Source of the DNA: Acidobacteriota bacterium | GTDB taxonomy: Bacteria > Acidobacteriota > Terriglobia > Versatilivoradales > Versatilivoraceae | DNA: 64,000 nt | Assembly (NCBI GenBank): GCA_028875575.1 | Contig: JAPPDF010000052.1 | Location: 2,554-66,553, forward strand | Direction: 5' to 3' | In this document: piece after piece, positions 10,095 to 18,574 of the stretch | Numbering within the stretch: the first letter of the stretch is position 1 | Layout of the letters: every line of letters begins with the position of its first letter | The notes under the pieces: model-generated | Database searches by the model: none | What the model saw: only the letters and a program-made list of their open reading frames with translations | What the model was told of the DNA's origin: nothing | Position numbers and translations under genes: made by a program

Positions 10095-10289
10095 TGTGGG
10101 TTAAGGGGGAGCTGCGAAGCTGCGGCTGGCGTGGGTTACCCGGCGAGACGTCTCCTGCAAGCCATCCTTGTAGAGCTGCAACGCAGCGGCTTCGTGTAGC
10201 CCCGGACGGCAGCCCGGGGTCGTTGGAATTCCGCGCAAACCTAGCCGCGAATGCGGCGCATTTAGAGCTGCGTTTCCGAACCCACAGCC
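10095..10289 (+). repeat. Intergenic repeat element R2, copy A (candidate structured ncRNA)
   Basis: About 195 bp, about 70% identical to 32666-32859. Terminal 8-bp complementary ends TGTGGGTT/AACCCACA and several internal hairpins conserved with compensatory changes. Confidence 0.5.
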
Positions 10290-10336
10290 ACCCAACGTAC
10301 AGAGAGCGGGGAGCCGGATTCAACTGAGACGGGACA

Positions 10337-11227
10337 CTAATGCTTGGGAGACAGGAAGGAATCGAACTGCTTGGTCAGGCCGAACACGATACCCGACTTG
10401 GGGGAGTGGTGTGCCAGCCCGGCCACGGCGGCGACGTCCCAACGCAAACCACCGGCGTGGATCTGGAGTCCCATGCGAAACTGAGAGAGGCTCTCGGTTC
10501 CCAGAGGCGCTTGGTGGCGGCTGTTGCGGTGGCCGAATACCTCACCGGCGAGATTGACCTTGGAGGTAAGGGGGTAGATCCCGGCCAGCCCATAGAGCAT
10601 GACGTCGTTTTGAACTCCCGCCAGTACGGGGTTGGCCAGGATCCCCAATCCCAGATTGCCGAAGACATGGAGTTCACCGAAGTGCTTCCCCACCAGAATG
10701 CCGCCGCGATATTGGGTGGCGTTCAAGCCGAGGCCCTTGGCGGTGGATGCATTGGGCACCTGAACCGAAGTGAAGAAGCCAAAAGAAGGTTTGGGGCCGC
10801 CTTCGCGCAACATGCGTATCTTGGTGGAAAGGAAGAGATCGCCGTAGTCGCTGGTTGCGGTCCCGCCGGAACTCAAATGGGGCCTCACCGGGGCGGGCGT
10901 GGATTCGGTAACCGAGAGAAGGTTGTGCGCAGTCCAGTCCATCTGTACTTCCGCCACCCCGGCCAGGCTGATATGAAGGCCCATGACTCCCAGACCGGTC
11001 TGATCCCCTCGTAGTCCCGAGACCGGAAATTTGGCGTCCTGCAGGAAATCGAACCCGAACTCCACCGAGGCGCGACCCGATTTCAAGATGGTGGGGTCTT
11101 CGGTTTGCAAGGGACGCTGTTGTGCGTCCGCATAAAGGGAACACACCGCAAAAGCCAGCACTAGAGTGGAAAGCCTCTGGAGGCTGCGAACGATCGGGCG
11201 GACTGGCGTGCAATGAGATGGATTCAA
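10337..11227 (-). CDS. Outer-membrane beta-barrel protein (putative transporter/porin-like) with signal peptide
   Basis: Alternating-polarity beta-strand composition ending in an aromatic residue. Signal-like n/h region with AxA cleavage (ADA|QQ). Start set to TTG 11227 (MNPSHCTPVRPIVRSLQRLSTLVLAFAVCSLYADA). The annotated ATG 11284 lies inside a repeated 32-bp element and is probably fortuitous. Confidence 0.5.
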   Translation of the reverse strand: MNPSHCTPVRPIVRSLQRLSTLVLAFAVCSLYADAQQRPLQTEDPTILKSGRASVEFGFDFLQDAKFPVSGLRGDQTGLGVMGLHISLAGVAEVQMDWTAHNLLSVTESTPAPVRPHLSSGGTATSDYGDLFLSTKIRMLREGGPKPSFGFFTSVQVPNASTAKGLGLNATQYRGGILVGKHFGELHVFGNLGLGILANPVLAGVQNDVMLYGLAGIYPLTSKVNLAGEVFGHRNSRHQAPLGTESLSQFRMGLQIHAGGLRWDVAAVAGLAHHSPKSGIVFGLTKQFDSFLSPKH

Positions 11228-11252
11228 TCCTCCGAAGTGAGATTTCGGGGGG

Positions 11253-11284
11253 CTGGTGTTCTGTCTCAGAAATAGGGTTGCCAT
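11253..11284 (-). repeat. 32-bp repeat unit (copy i), minus-strand reading ATGGCAACCCTATTTCTGAGACAGAACACCAG
   Basis: One of three near-identical copies in the rsmE-OMP intergenic region. Confidence 0.6.
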
Positions 11285-11323
11285 TTTTCGGCGCGAAGCG
11301 GGGCTGGATGCTCGGAGCGGATA

Positions 11324-11355
11324 CTAGTGTCCTGTCTCAGGAATAAGGTTACCAT
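11324..11355 (-). repeat. 32-bp repeat unit (copy ii, degenerate: ATGGTAACCTTATTCCTGAGACAGGACACTAG)
   Basis: 27/32 identity to copy i, same orientation, 71 bp away. Confidence 0.5.
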
Positions 11356-11564
11356 CTCCGATGGAGGTTCCACCGGGAAACGGTCGTAGGAAAGGTCCGT
11401 TGCGTTTCAGAGAACCGCCACCGTTGTGCTCCCCCGCCCTGGAACCTCCATCGGCCCTCCGGGTTCGGGCGGAACAGCGCCGTCGTCGTCGTCGCTCCTC
11501 CTCACAATGAGTGGGCATTGCATCGTCGTCGCTCCTAGAATGCGGCGCTGTTGCGCTCCGAAAT

Positions 11565-11596
11565 ATGGCAACCCTATTTCTGAGACAGAACACTAG
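11565..11596 (+). repeat. 32-bp repeat unit (copy iii, inverted relative to i and ii: ATGGCAACCCTATTTCTGAGACAGAACACTAG)
   Basis: 31/32 identical to copy i but on the opposite strand. It creates the spurious plus-strand ORF 11511-12104 that runs antisense to rsmE. Confidence 0.6.
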
Positions 11597-11618
11597 TCCA
11601 AGGCCGGTGCGGAAGCAA

Positions 11619-12356
11619 TCAATTTCCCGGGAACAGTTCGTACCGCAAAAGGGCCGCCGCAACCGTAGCAGCGGTTTCGGTTCTCAGGGTGCTGTGGCCC
11701 ATTTGAACCGACTGAAACCCGCTACGCAGGAAGGTCTCGCATTCGCCGTCGGTCCATCCGCCTTCCGGACCGACGGCGAAGGCGACCGACGGCCAGGACC
11801 TGCCCCGGAGCAGCTTCTTGAGGGACATAGCCTGGGGAGCGGCCTGAAAGAGAAGTTTCAGATCGGCATCGACAGCTTCACAAATCTCACGGCACTCCAC
11901 CGGTGGATAGAGTGTCGGTATGGTGGACCGACGGCACTGCTTGGCAGCGTTGACAAGGATGGTCCTCCACCGTTTCACCTTGGCCCGCCTCCTGTCCTGG
12001 TCGAAACTGACCACCGAACGGCGACCTTGAACCAGGTAGATCTCGGAGACCTCCAGTTCAGTGGCCTTCTGCAGGATCCAGGTCAGTCGATCGGACTTGC
12101 ATAGGGCCTGGATCAGTGTCAACCGGACGTCGGGGTCGGCTGTCGAGGAGAGTAGGGAAACTTCCACCAGCCGGACCCGGTTTTCCGATATTTCCCCGAC
12201 GCGGGCCGACCACAACCGTCCCCTTCCGTCTATGAGCTCCACGCTGGTGCCCACATCCGCCCGCAGGACATGAATCAGGTGGTGAGCCTCGCGTTTCTCC
12301 AGCATTGCGATGGCTCCGCTTGGGGGTGTGTCCAGAAAGAATCGTCGGACCGGCAT
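11619..12356 (-). CDS. rsmE: 16S rRNA (uracil1498-N3)-methyltransferase RsmE
   Basis: RsmE family with C-terminal GPEGGW…E motif. ATG at 12356 (MPVRRFFLD). Confidence 0.8.
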   Translation of the reverse strand: MPVRRFFLDTPPSGAIAMLEKREAHHLIHVLRADVGTSVELIDGRGRLWSARVGEISENRVRLVEVSLLSSTADPDVRLTLIQALCKSDRLTWILQKATELEVSEIYLVQGRRSVVSFDQDRRRAKVKRWRTILVNAAKQCRRSTIPTLYPPVECREICEAVDADLKLLFQAAPQAMSLKKLLRGRSWPSVAFAVGPEGGWTDGECETFLRSGFQSVQMGHSTLRTETAATVAAALLRYELFPGN

Positions 12357-12428
12357 GGTGGATCCCAAACAACCGGTTATTCGAGAACCGGGAGAGTGGC
12401 CGGGAAGTCAGGTTCCGGGCCGTTTGGA

Positions 12429-13319
12429 TCAAGATCCCTCGGGCCGGGACGAGGGGTTCCTTCCAAACACGAGACACCGCCATTCTCCCTTGGCGATGTC
12501 TTGCGACAGCGTCAGTGGCAGGTCGCGAACGATTTCCGACCGGAATATGCCCGTTGCATCCCGTTCCAGCAGCCCGGAGAGAATGAGGCTGCCCTGCGGA
12601 TTGAGGTGTTGGGCGAAGTCGGCCAGTTTCTGCTGAATCAGGTTGCCCTCCAGGTTAGCCAGGATGACATCGAATCCGCTTCCGGCAAGAGCGTCGACTT
12701 CTCCCGTAAACAGGCGGATCCGTTGGTCAACCCGATTGCGGCAACAGTTGGCCCGGGCGACCTGAATGGCCACCGGATCGATATCGAACGCCAGGACGCT
12801 TGCAGCGCCCAATTTGGCGGAGGCGATTGCCAGAATCCCGGATCCGGTGCCGATGTCCAGCACGGTTCTGCCGGTCAAGGGGAGTCTTTCCAGCACCTCC
12901 AGGCAGAGCTGGGTCGATTCGTGCGTGCCGGTTCCAAAGGCCATTTGAGGCTCCAACCACATGGAAATGCGATCCTGGACGGAAGTCCCGGAAACCTGCC
13001 GCCCGGGAATGATCCAAAAGCGAGCGCCGACCGGGAAGGGCTTCAGATTCCGGCGCCATGCCTTCAGCCAGTCGTGTTCTTCCTCGATTCCGGCGGTGCA
13101 GCCGGCAACCGAGACGGCTGAATCCCGGCATCGGGACTGGAAATCACTGTGCACACGACCGATGTCGCTGGAGGCATCGAAATAGGCCTTCAGTAACACC
13201 GCTCCCGACTTCAGTGGCTGTTCGTGCAGGCCTCGGGTCCCCATTTCGGCAACGATGGCCGAGGCCACTTCAACATGCCGGGGGTGAAGGGAGAACTGGA
13301 GATAGTTCCACTGTCGCAT
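12429..13319 (-). CDS. prmA: Ribosomal protein L11 methyltransferase PrmA
   Basis: PrmA family with SAM motif VLDIGTGSGILAIA. ATG 13319 (MRQWNYLQF…). Confidence 0.85.
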   Translation of the reverse strand: MRQWNYLQFSLHPRHVEVASAIVAEMGTRGLHEQPLKSGAVLLKAYFDASSDIGRVHSDFQSRCRDSAVSVAGCTAGIEEEHDWLKAWRRNLKPFPVGARFWIIPGRQVSGTSVQDRISMWLEPQMAFGTGTHESTQLCLEVLERLPLTGRTVLDIGTGSGILAIASAKLGAASVLAFDIDPVAIQVARANCCRNRVDQRIRLFTGEVDALAGSGFDVILANLEGNLIQQKLADFAQHLNPQGSLILSGLLERDATGIFRSEIVRDLPLTLSQDIAKGEWRCLVFGRNPSSRPEGS

Positions 13320-13442
13320 CGAAATTTGAACCAAGGGACGATACCGGCGACAGTCTTGACAAACCGGCTCCCGGCGGGGGACCTGTGGTTCAGGGCCTGT
13401 CCGGTCAGGGAAATGCGGAATGAGAGAGGCGGGTCTCGGGGA

Positions 13443-14558
13443 TCAACCCAGAATGTCCTTGACCCTGTCGAACAACCCCCGCTCCAGGGGCTTGTTCTCC
13501 ACCGGTGTCAGTTTCGCCAACTGCTCCAACAAGCGGCGTTGGTCCCGATTGAGCTTTCTGGGAGTCACCACGTTGACGGAGACGAATTCGTCTCCACGGC
13601 CGCGGCCGTTGACACCGGGGATGCCTTTGCCTCTCAATCGAAAGACCTTGCCACTTTGAGTGCCTGGCGGGATCGACAGGGTTTCCTCTCCTTCCAGGGT
13701 AGGGACCTTGATGGTCGCACCCAAAGCCGCCTGGGTGAAACTGATGGGAATCCTGCAGTGAATGTCGTTCTCCTGGCGCTCGAAGACTTCATGGTCTCCC
13801 ACTCTCAAGACCACGTAGAGGTCTCCCGGCGGTCCACCCTGGAGACCTCCCTCACCCTCCCCGGAATACCTCACCCTGGAACCGCTGTCGACTCCGGCCG
13901 GAATCGTCACCTGGAGGAAGCGCTCCCGGCGAAGGCGACCCTCTCCGCGGCAATCGACGCAACGATCCTTGACCAGTCGTCCCGATCCCTGGCACTGGTG
14001 GCAGGGGCGGCTGATAGTGAAAAACCCTTGCTGGTAACGCATCTGGCCCTGCCCGTGGCAGGTGGGGCAGCTGGTGGCCGTAGCCCCGGGCGAGATACCG
14101 GAACCTTGACAGGGCTCGCATGACTCCATGCGGGGCACCTTGATCCGGGTCTTCATTCCAAAGGCCGCGTCCATGAAGTCGATCTGCAGGTCGTAACGGA
14201 GGTCGGCTCCCCTGCGCGCGGAAGATTGGCGGCGGGACGCTGATCCGAACAGGTCGCCAAAGCCGAAAAAGTCGCCAAAAATGTCTCCGAATTCCGAAAA
14301 AATGGTCGGGTCGAAGCCGGCTCCCCCGCTCCCGCCGACCGAACTGTGGCCGAAACGGTCATATTGAGCCCGCTTTTGGGGATCGCCCAGAACGCTATAG
14401 GCTTCGGCAGCTTCCTTGAATTTTTCTTCGGCGGATCGGTCCCCGGGGTTCTTGTCGGGGTGGTACTTGACGGCGTGCCTGCGGTAAGCGCTCTTGATCT
14501 CCTGGTCGGAGGCCGATTTGGAAACACCGAGGACTTCGTAGTAATCGCGCTTGCTCAA
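13443..14558 (-). CDS. dnaJ: Molecular chaperone DnaJ
   Basis: J-domain (YYEVLGV…HPDKN), G/F region, four CxxCxGxG zinc repeats and a C-terminal domain. TTG start with GGGAGA SD 9 nt upstream. Confidence 0.95.
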   Translation of the reverse strand: MSKRDYYEVLGVSKSASDQEIKSAYRRHAVKYHPDKNPGDRSAEEKFKEAAEAYSVLGDPQKRAQYDRFGHSSVGGSGGAGFDPTIFSEFGDIFGDFFGFGDLFGSASRRQSSARRGADLRYDLQIDFMDAAFGMKTRIKVPRMESCEPCQGSGISPGATATSCPTCHGQGQMRYQQGFFTISRPCHQCQGSGRLVKDRCVDCRGEGRLRRERFLQVTIPAGVDSGSRVRYSGEGEGGLQGGPPGDLYVVLRVGDHEVFERQENDIHCRIPISFTQAALGATIKVPTLEGEETLSIPPGTQSGKVFRLRGKGIPGVNGRGRGDEFVSVNVVTPRKLNRDQRRLLEQLAKLTPVENKPLERGLFDRVKDILG

Positions 14559-14581
14559 CGCAACAATCTCCCTACACCGTT

Positions 14582-15286
14582 CTAATTGCTTTGTGTTTCG
14601 GTCGTCGTCTTGTCCGGAGCGGCAGCAACCTTTACCAGAGCGGGACGAAGCAGACGGCCCTTGAGAGTATAGCCCGGCTGCAGTTCATCCATAATCTGAT
14701 TGTCGGCAAAAGCTTCCGTCTCCTCCCGCATCAGGGCTTGATGGCGATTGGGGTCGAAAGTTTGACCCGAAGTTTCAATGGGTTCCAGACCTGATTGGGC
14801 CAGCAGGTCCGTGAATTGCTTCAGGACCAGTTGAAACCCCGTCTTGTAGTCTGCAACCGTCTCACCCTCGGCAACTTCAAGCCCTCGTTCAAATGCGTCC
14901 AGGACCGGCAGCAACTTGCGTACAAAGTCGGTCAGAGCATAATCGAAGAAGTCATGCTTTTCCCGTTCGGTCCTCTTGCGAAAGTTATCGAATTCGGCCT
15001 GAAGTCGAAGCAGCCTCTGAAAAAGCGCCTCCTTTTCGGCCTTGAGGCGATGGAGTCGGGGATCCTCAGGGGCCGCCACGGCCGTTTTGTCGGTCGGGGT
15101 TTCGCCAGCGGGCTCCTCCGGGCCCTCAGCCGGTGGCTGTGCCCCGGGCGGCCCCTGCCGTGGGGTGGACTCCCGATCTCCTGTTTCACCTCGTTCGAGC
15201 GACGCCGATGGGTTTTGAGCCTCCGCGGCAGCCGTCACCGGGGGAGAATCCGCATTTTCTGAAGTTGAAGCCATGGCTGTGGTCAT
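14582..15286 (-). CDS. grpE: Nucleotide exchange factor GrpE
   Basis: GrpE family C-terminal region with an acidic disordered N-terminus. Start uncertain (ATG 15286 or 15274, or GTG 15301). Confidence 0.85.
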   Translation of the reverse strand: MTTAMASTSENADSPPVTAAAEAQNPSASLERGETGDRESTPRQGPPGAQPPAEGPEEPAGETPTDKTAVAAPEDPRLHRLKAEKEALFQRLLRLQAEFDNFRKRTEREKHDFFDYALTDFVRKLLPVLDAFERGLEVAEGETVADYKTGFQLVLKQFTDLLAQSGLEPIETSGQTFDPNRHQALMREETEAFADNQIMDELQPGYTLKGRLLRPALVKVAAAPDKTTTETQSN

Positions 15287-15396
15287 GCCGCGCGACGGCA
15301 CCGGTTCGCCGTGCCTGCGTGTCTTCGCAAATTGGATGCAGCCGCTGTGAAGCGGTCGGTCCGAGGTGGCTTTTCGACTTGAATGGGGGAATTCAA

Positions 15397-16479
15397 TCAG
15401 AGGCGCGCCACTTCGCCGCTTCCGGAGTCGGCGCCGAGGATCTGACCATAAAGCTTGGCGACATAGTCAACCGTGTTGATGGCTTTGGCATATTCCATAC
15501 GCGTCGGCCCCAGGATACCCACCGAGCCCAGATTCCGATCATGGATCGTGAGCGGAGAGGAGATCAACGTGTATTCCCGTAATCCCGGCAACGAGTTTTC
15601 CGAGCCGATGATGATTCTTACACCCTGTCCGGGTCGTGCTTGAAGACACTGGTTGAGGATCTTTACCAGCCGGCTCTTTTCTTCGAAAGTCCTGAAGATG
15701 GACCGCATCCGTTCGGTGTCGGCAAACTCGGGTTGACCCAGGAAATTGGAAGCGCCGTCGAGGTAGATGTCGACATCGGGCTCGGCCACCTCGTCGATCA
15801 GACCTCTATCGCAGAGCAATATCACGTTGTTGAGGAAACGGTCGTAGAGGGCTTTTTCCTCCTTCATCTTCTTGAGGATGTCATCGCGGATGGAGAGCAG
15901 GCTGTAGCCGGAGTAGTTCTCGTTCAGAAACCTGGCCGTCTGGTCCAGCTCGCGTTGGTTGAACGACTCGTCGATTTGAATGATTCGGTTCTGCACCAGA
16001 CCCGATTTGGACACGGTGATCACCAGGATCTTGGAATCGCTGAGCTGAATCAACTCAAGGTGTTTCAACAGGCTGTGACCGAGCGAGGGAGATATGACGA
16101 AGCCGACATTGTTGGTGGCGTGGGAGATCGCCTGGGAAATCCGCTCCATGACGTTATCGTGGGAGTCCGGAGTGAAAATCCTGCCGTTGATCAACTCCTG
16201 GTCCGAGCTGTTCAGGCAGGAAGATTCCAGCAGGTTGTCCACGTAGAATCGGTATCCCTTGTCGGTGGGAACCCTGCCTGCCGAGGTGTGAGGCTGAATC
16301 AGATAACCCGCTTCCTCCAGGTCGGCCATGATGTTACGAATGGTTGCAGGGCTGATACGCTGACTACGCTCCTTGGCAAGGATACGGGAGCCTACCGGTT
16401 TGCCGCTGGCGATGTAGTGCAGGATTACAGACTTCAGAATGTCTCTTTCCCGCTCATTCAACTCACGCTTGGTGTCCAT
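15397..16479 (-). CDS. hrcA: Heat-inducible transcription repressor HrcA
   Basis: HrcA family (N-terminal winged helix ILKSVILHYIASGKPVGSR). Start ATG 16479 (MDTKRELNERERDIL). First gene of the hrcA-grpE-dnaJ operon. Confidence 0.9.
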   Translation of the reverse strand: MDTKRELNERERDILKSVILHYIASGKPVGSRILAKERSQRISPATIRNIMADLEEAGYLIQPHTSAGRVPTDKGYRFYVDNLLESSCLNSSDQELINGRIFTPDSHDNVMERISQAISHATNNVGFVISPSLGHSLLKHLELIQLSDSKILVITVSKSGLVQNRIIQIDESFNQRELDQTARFLNENYSGYSLLSIRDDILKKMKEEKALYDRFLNNVILLCDRGLIDEVAEPDVDIYLDGASNFLGQPEFADTERMRSIFRTFEEKSRLVKILNQCLQARPGQGVRIIIGSENSLPGLREYTLISSPLTIHDRNLGSVGILGPTRMEYAKAINTVDYVAKLYGQILGADSGSGEVARL

Positions 16480-16656
16480 TGGAACCGTTGCCTGATCGAA
16501 GGTTACTGAACGGTTTATAGTATCTGTATTCTGGAGTGTCAAGCGCTTTTGGCTTGCCGTTATGTCTCCCCTGGAGCCTCGCCGTGGCATTGGATTTTTC
16601 CCTGTGCCCCAGTGGCATACGGAGAATGAAACGGGCCGTGTCCGTCCTCGTGACAG

Positions 16657-17538
16657 TCATTGAAGTCGTGGCTCAGGACGAGGAATGGGGCAAGCGTCGA
16701 CCAGGCGGGTCTGTCCCAGTGCCTCCGCCTCCGACCGCATGTCCGGGTCCAGGGAGCAGGCCTCTATTCGGACGTTGAGACCCCGCCGAAAGCCGTCCTG
16801 CAAGCATGAGACAACCGCAGAGAACTCCGGTGCCTCCCCAAGGCAGGATTTGAGGGTGGCAACGTTCGAGGCCAGGTTCGAAAGTGTCTGTCCGCGCAGG
16901 GCCCCTTGCAGCAAACCCGGATCAAAGTCCAGGAGAATGGACCCGTGCTGCAGGAATCCCCGGAGGGTCCTTCGCTGGGCGCTGCCGACAAGTTTTTTGC
17001 CCGCGAATAGAATCTCGTGGTGAAGGGTGGTGGCAAAGCAGGCATGGCTGCGATGGGACCGTTGACTGCGTCTTTGCCCGACTGCCGGGCCGGCGAGGGT
17101 GGTGTCGATCCCGAGCAGTGCCAGACCCTGCTGCAGAGCTGCTGAAATTTTCCCGTAGGTATCTTGTATGGACCAGGCGGGGAAGAGGGAGCGGTCGTTG
17201 GAGATGAAGGAGTAGGTGACTTCCCGATGGTGCAGCACTGCCTTCCCCCCGGTGGCCCGGCGAGCGACCGCAATGCCATGTCGCCGACAATACCCGAAAT
17301 CCACCACCCGGGAAGCCTGTTGGGACATGCCGAGGGACAAGGTCGGTTTCGGCCAACCGTAGAAGCGCAGGAACGTCTCGACCACAGCCGATTCTACCGA
17401 GACTCGACGCAACAACAATTCATCCAGTGCCAGGTTGGAGGCTCCGTCGCCAAGTTGTTCCAGAACCAGTGCGCAGAACGGATCAGCCGGGTCGGAGACT
17501 GGACCGATACTGTATTCGGTAGCGTCGGCTGGCGCCAT
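16657..17538 (-). CDS. Lipoate-protein ligase / octanoyltransferase family protein (BPL/LPL catalytic domain)
   Basis: Conserved RRxTGGKAVLHHxEVTYSF block typical of LplA/LipB-family enzymes. Confidence 0.7.
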   Translation of the reverse strand: MAPADATEYSIGPVSDPADPFCALVLEQLGDGASNLALDELLLRRVSVESAVVETFLRFYGWPKPTLSLGMSQQASRVVDFGYCRRHGIAVARRATGGKAVLHHREVTYSFISNDRSLFPAWSIQDTYGKISAALQQGLALLGIDTTLAGPAVGQRRSQRSHRSHACFATTLHHEILFAGKKLVGSAQRRTLRGFLQHGSILLDFDPGLLQGALRGQTLSNLASNVATLKSCLGEAPEFSAVVSCLQDGFRRGLNVRIEACSLDPDMRSEAEALGQTRLVDACPIPRPEPRLQ

Positions 17539-17603
17539 GGACGGGGGTTAGGAGTGTGGGTACGCAGCCTGCCGCCGGCCTCTCGTGGGGCGAGCGATGA
17601 CAC

Positions 17604-18251
17604 CTACCTGGTGGAGATGACGGTCAACGGGCGATCCAGGCGGATGACCATGAGAGTACCTGCCGGGATTTCTATTTCCTTGCCACCCCGCCTCAAGACG
17701 TCGACCAGTCCGATGAGTCCGCCGGCGCCCGCACCGATGGCTGCTCCCTTTCGGCCGCCGGCGATGGCTCCGATCCCGGCGCCGATTGCTGCCCCGGCTC
17801 CGATTTCGGCGGCGCTGCTCTTGCGGCTGGACTCTCCCAGGATGGTCCCTTCACGGCGGTCCATTTCCTCTTTTTGAGTATCGTCCAGCTCGGCCTGGGA
17901 GGCGATGATGGTCTCCGAAACGCCGTTGGGAAAAATCAAACGCTCATAGATGAGGTTGACCTCCGCCCGCCCCTTGATGCGGCCAGGTTGTCGGACTTCA
18001 GCAACCCGGCCCTCCACCGTGGTGCCCATCGGAATGACCTCCTTACCCCGAACCTGAACACTTTCAACTACCTTTGCGGTGAAGCGGTCTCCCTGCCGAT
18101 TGGTCTTGGAGTTGACGGTTGATTCCAGGCGCACCTGTATGCGTGTTCCCTCGGGCACCAGGTAAGATCGGGTGGCCTGGGCCTGTAGATTGATTGGGGA
18201 AAAGAGGCCGGCACAGAAGAAAACGGACAGAACGGTTGGAAACGATTTCAT
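17604..18251 (-). CDS. Secreted protein with glycine-zipper (GxxxG-rich) C-terminal region
   Basis: Signal peptide (MKSFPTVLSVFFCAGLFSPINLQAQA) and a GAGAAIGAGIGAIAGG…GAGAGGLIGL glycine-zipper segment. Confidence 0.55.
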   Translation of the reverse strand: MKSFPTVLSVFFCAGLFSPINLQAQATRSYLVPEGTRIQVRLESTVNSKTNRQGDRFTAKVVESVQVRGKEVIPMGTTVEGRVAEVRQPGRIKGRAEVNLIYERLIFPNGVSETIIASQAELDDTQKEEMDRREGTILGESSRKSSAAEIGAGAAIGAGIGAIAGGRKGAAIGAGAGGLIGLVDVLRRGGKEIEIPAGTLMVIRLDRPLTVISTR

Positions 18252-18328
18252 GGCGTGTCTTCTTTCAACTCTCGTCTGACGTTAGCGCGAAAAATCCGCG
18301 GCTCGCGGAGCAACCAGACCGGGCACGA

Positions 18329-18574
18329 GCCCGCATTTCTCACCAGGGGGCATGATCATGGCGCAGGAATTTTCCCTTCAGCGCGTGCTCGCGACCGAAG
18401 AGCGTAGCGGTCACTACGGTCGAGGGAGCCTGTGCGCGCTGAATGGAAAAGGACCAGTCAGGGCATGCCCAGCGCCGTCTGTTACCTGCAAGCCCTTACC
18501 ATGGAGCCAATCAAGGTACTGAAAGATAAACTGCCTTTCGTCATGCTACCAGCGACCTGGTGAGAAATGCGGGC
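18329..18574 (+). mobile_element. MITE-like element, copy 1 (246 bp, about 20-bp terminal inverted repeats GCCCGCATTTCTCACCAGG / CCTGGTGAGAAATGCGGGC)
   Basis: Perfect terminal inverted repeats, internal nested palindromes, no coding capacity. Flanked by GA…TA. The right flank CTA on the plus strand is the TAG stop codon of degP on the minus strand. Confidence 0.7.

Noticed and set aside
11228-11284. 5' extension of the outer-membrane protein ORF (MATLFLRQNTSPPKSHFGG…)
   Set aside because: The ATG lies inside one copy of a thrice-repeated 32-bp element, and the same peptide start appears on a spurious antisense ORF (11511-12104). A TTG at 11227 gives a canonical signal peptide.
16480-16660. 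CIRCE operator (TTAGCACTC-N9-GAGTGCTAA) expected upstream of hrcA
   Set aside because: Only a weak half-site (GAGTGTCAA at about 16535) and a short AAGCGCTT palindrome are present, with no convincing inverted-repeat partner. Not reported as a feature; a divergent operator cannot be excluded.
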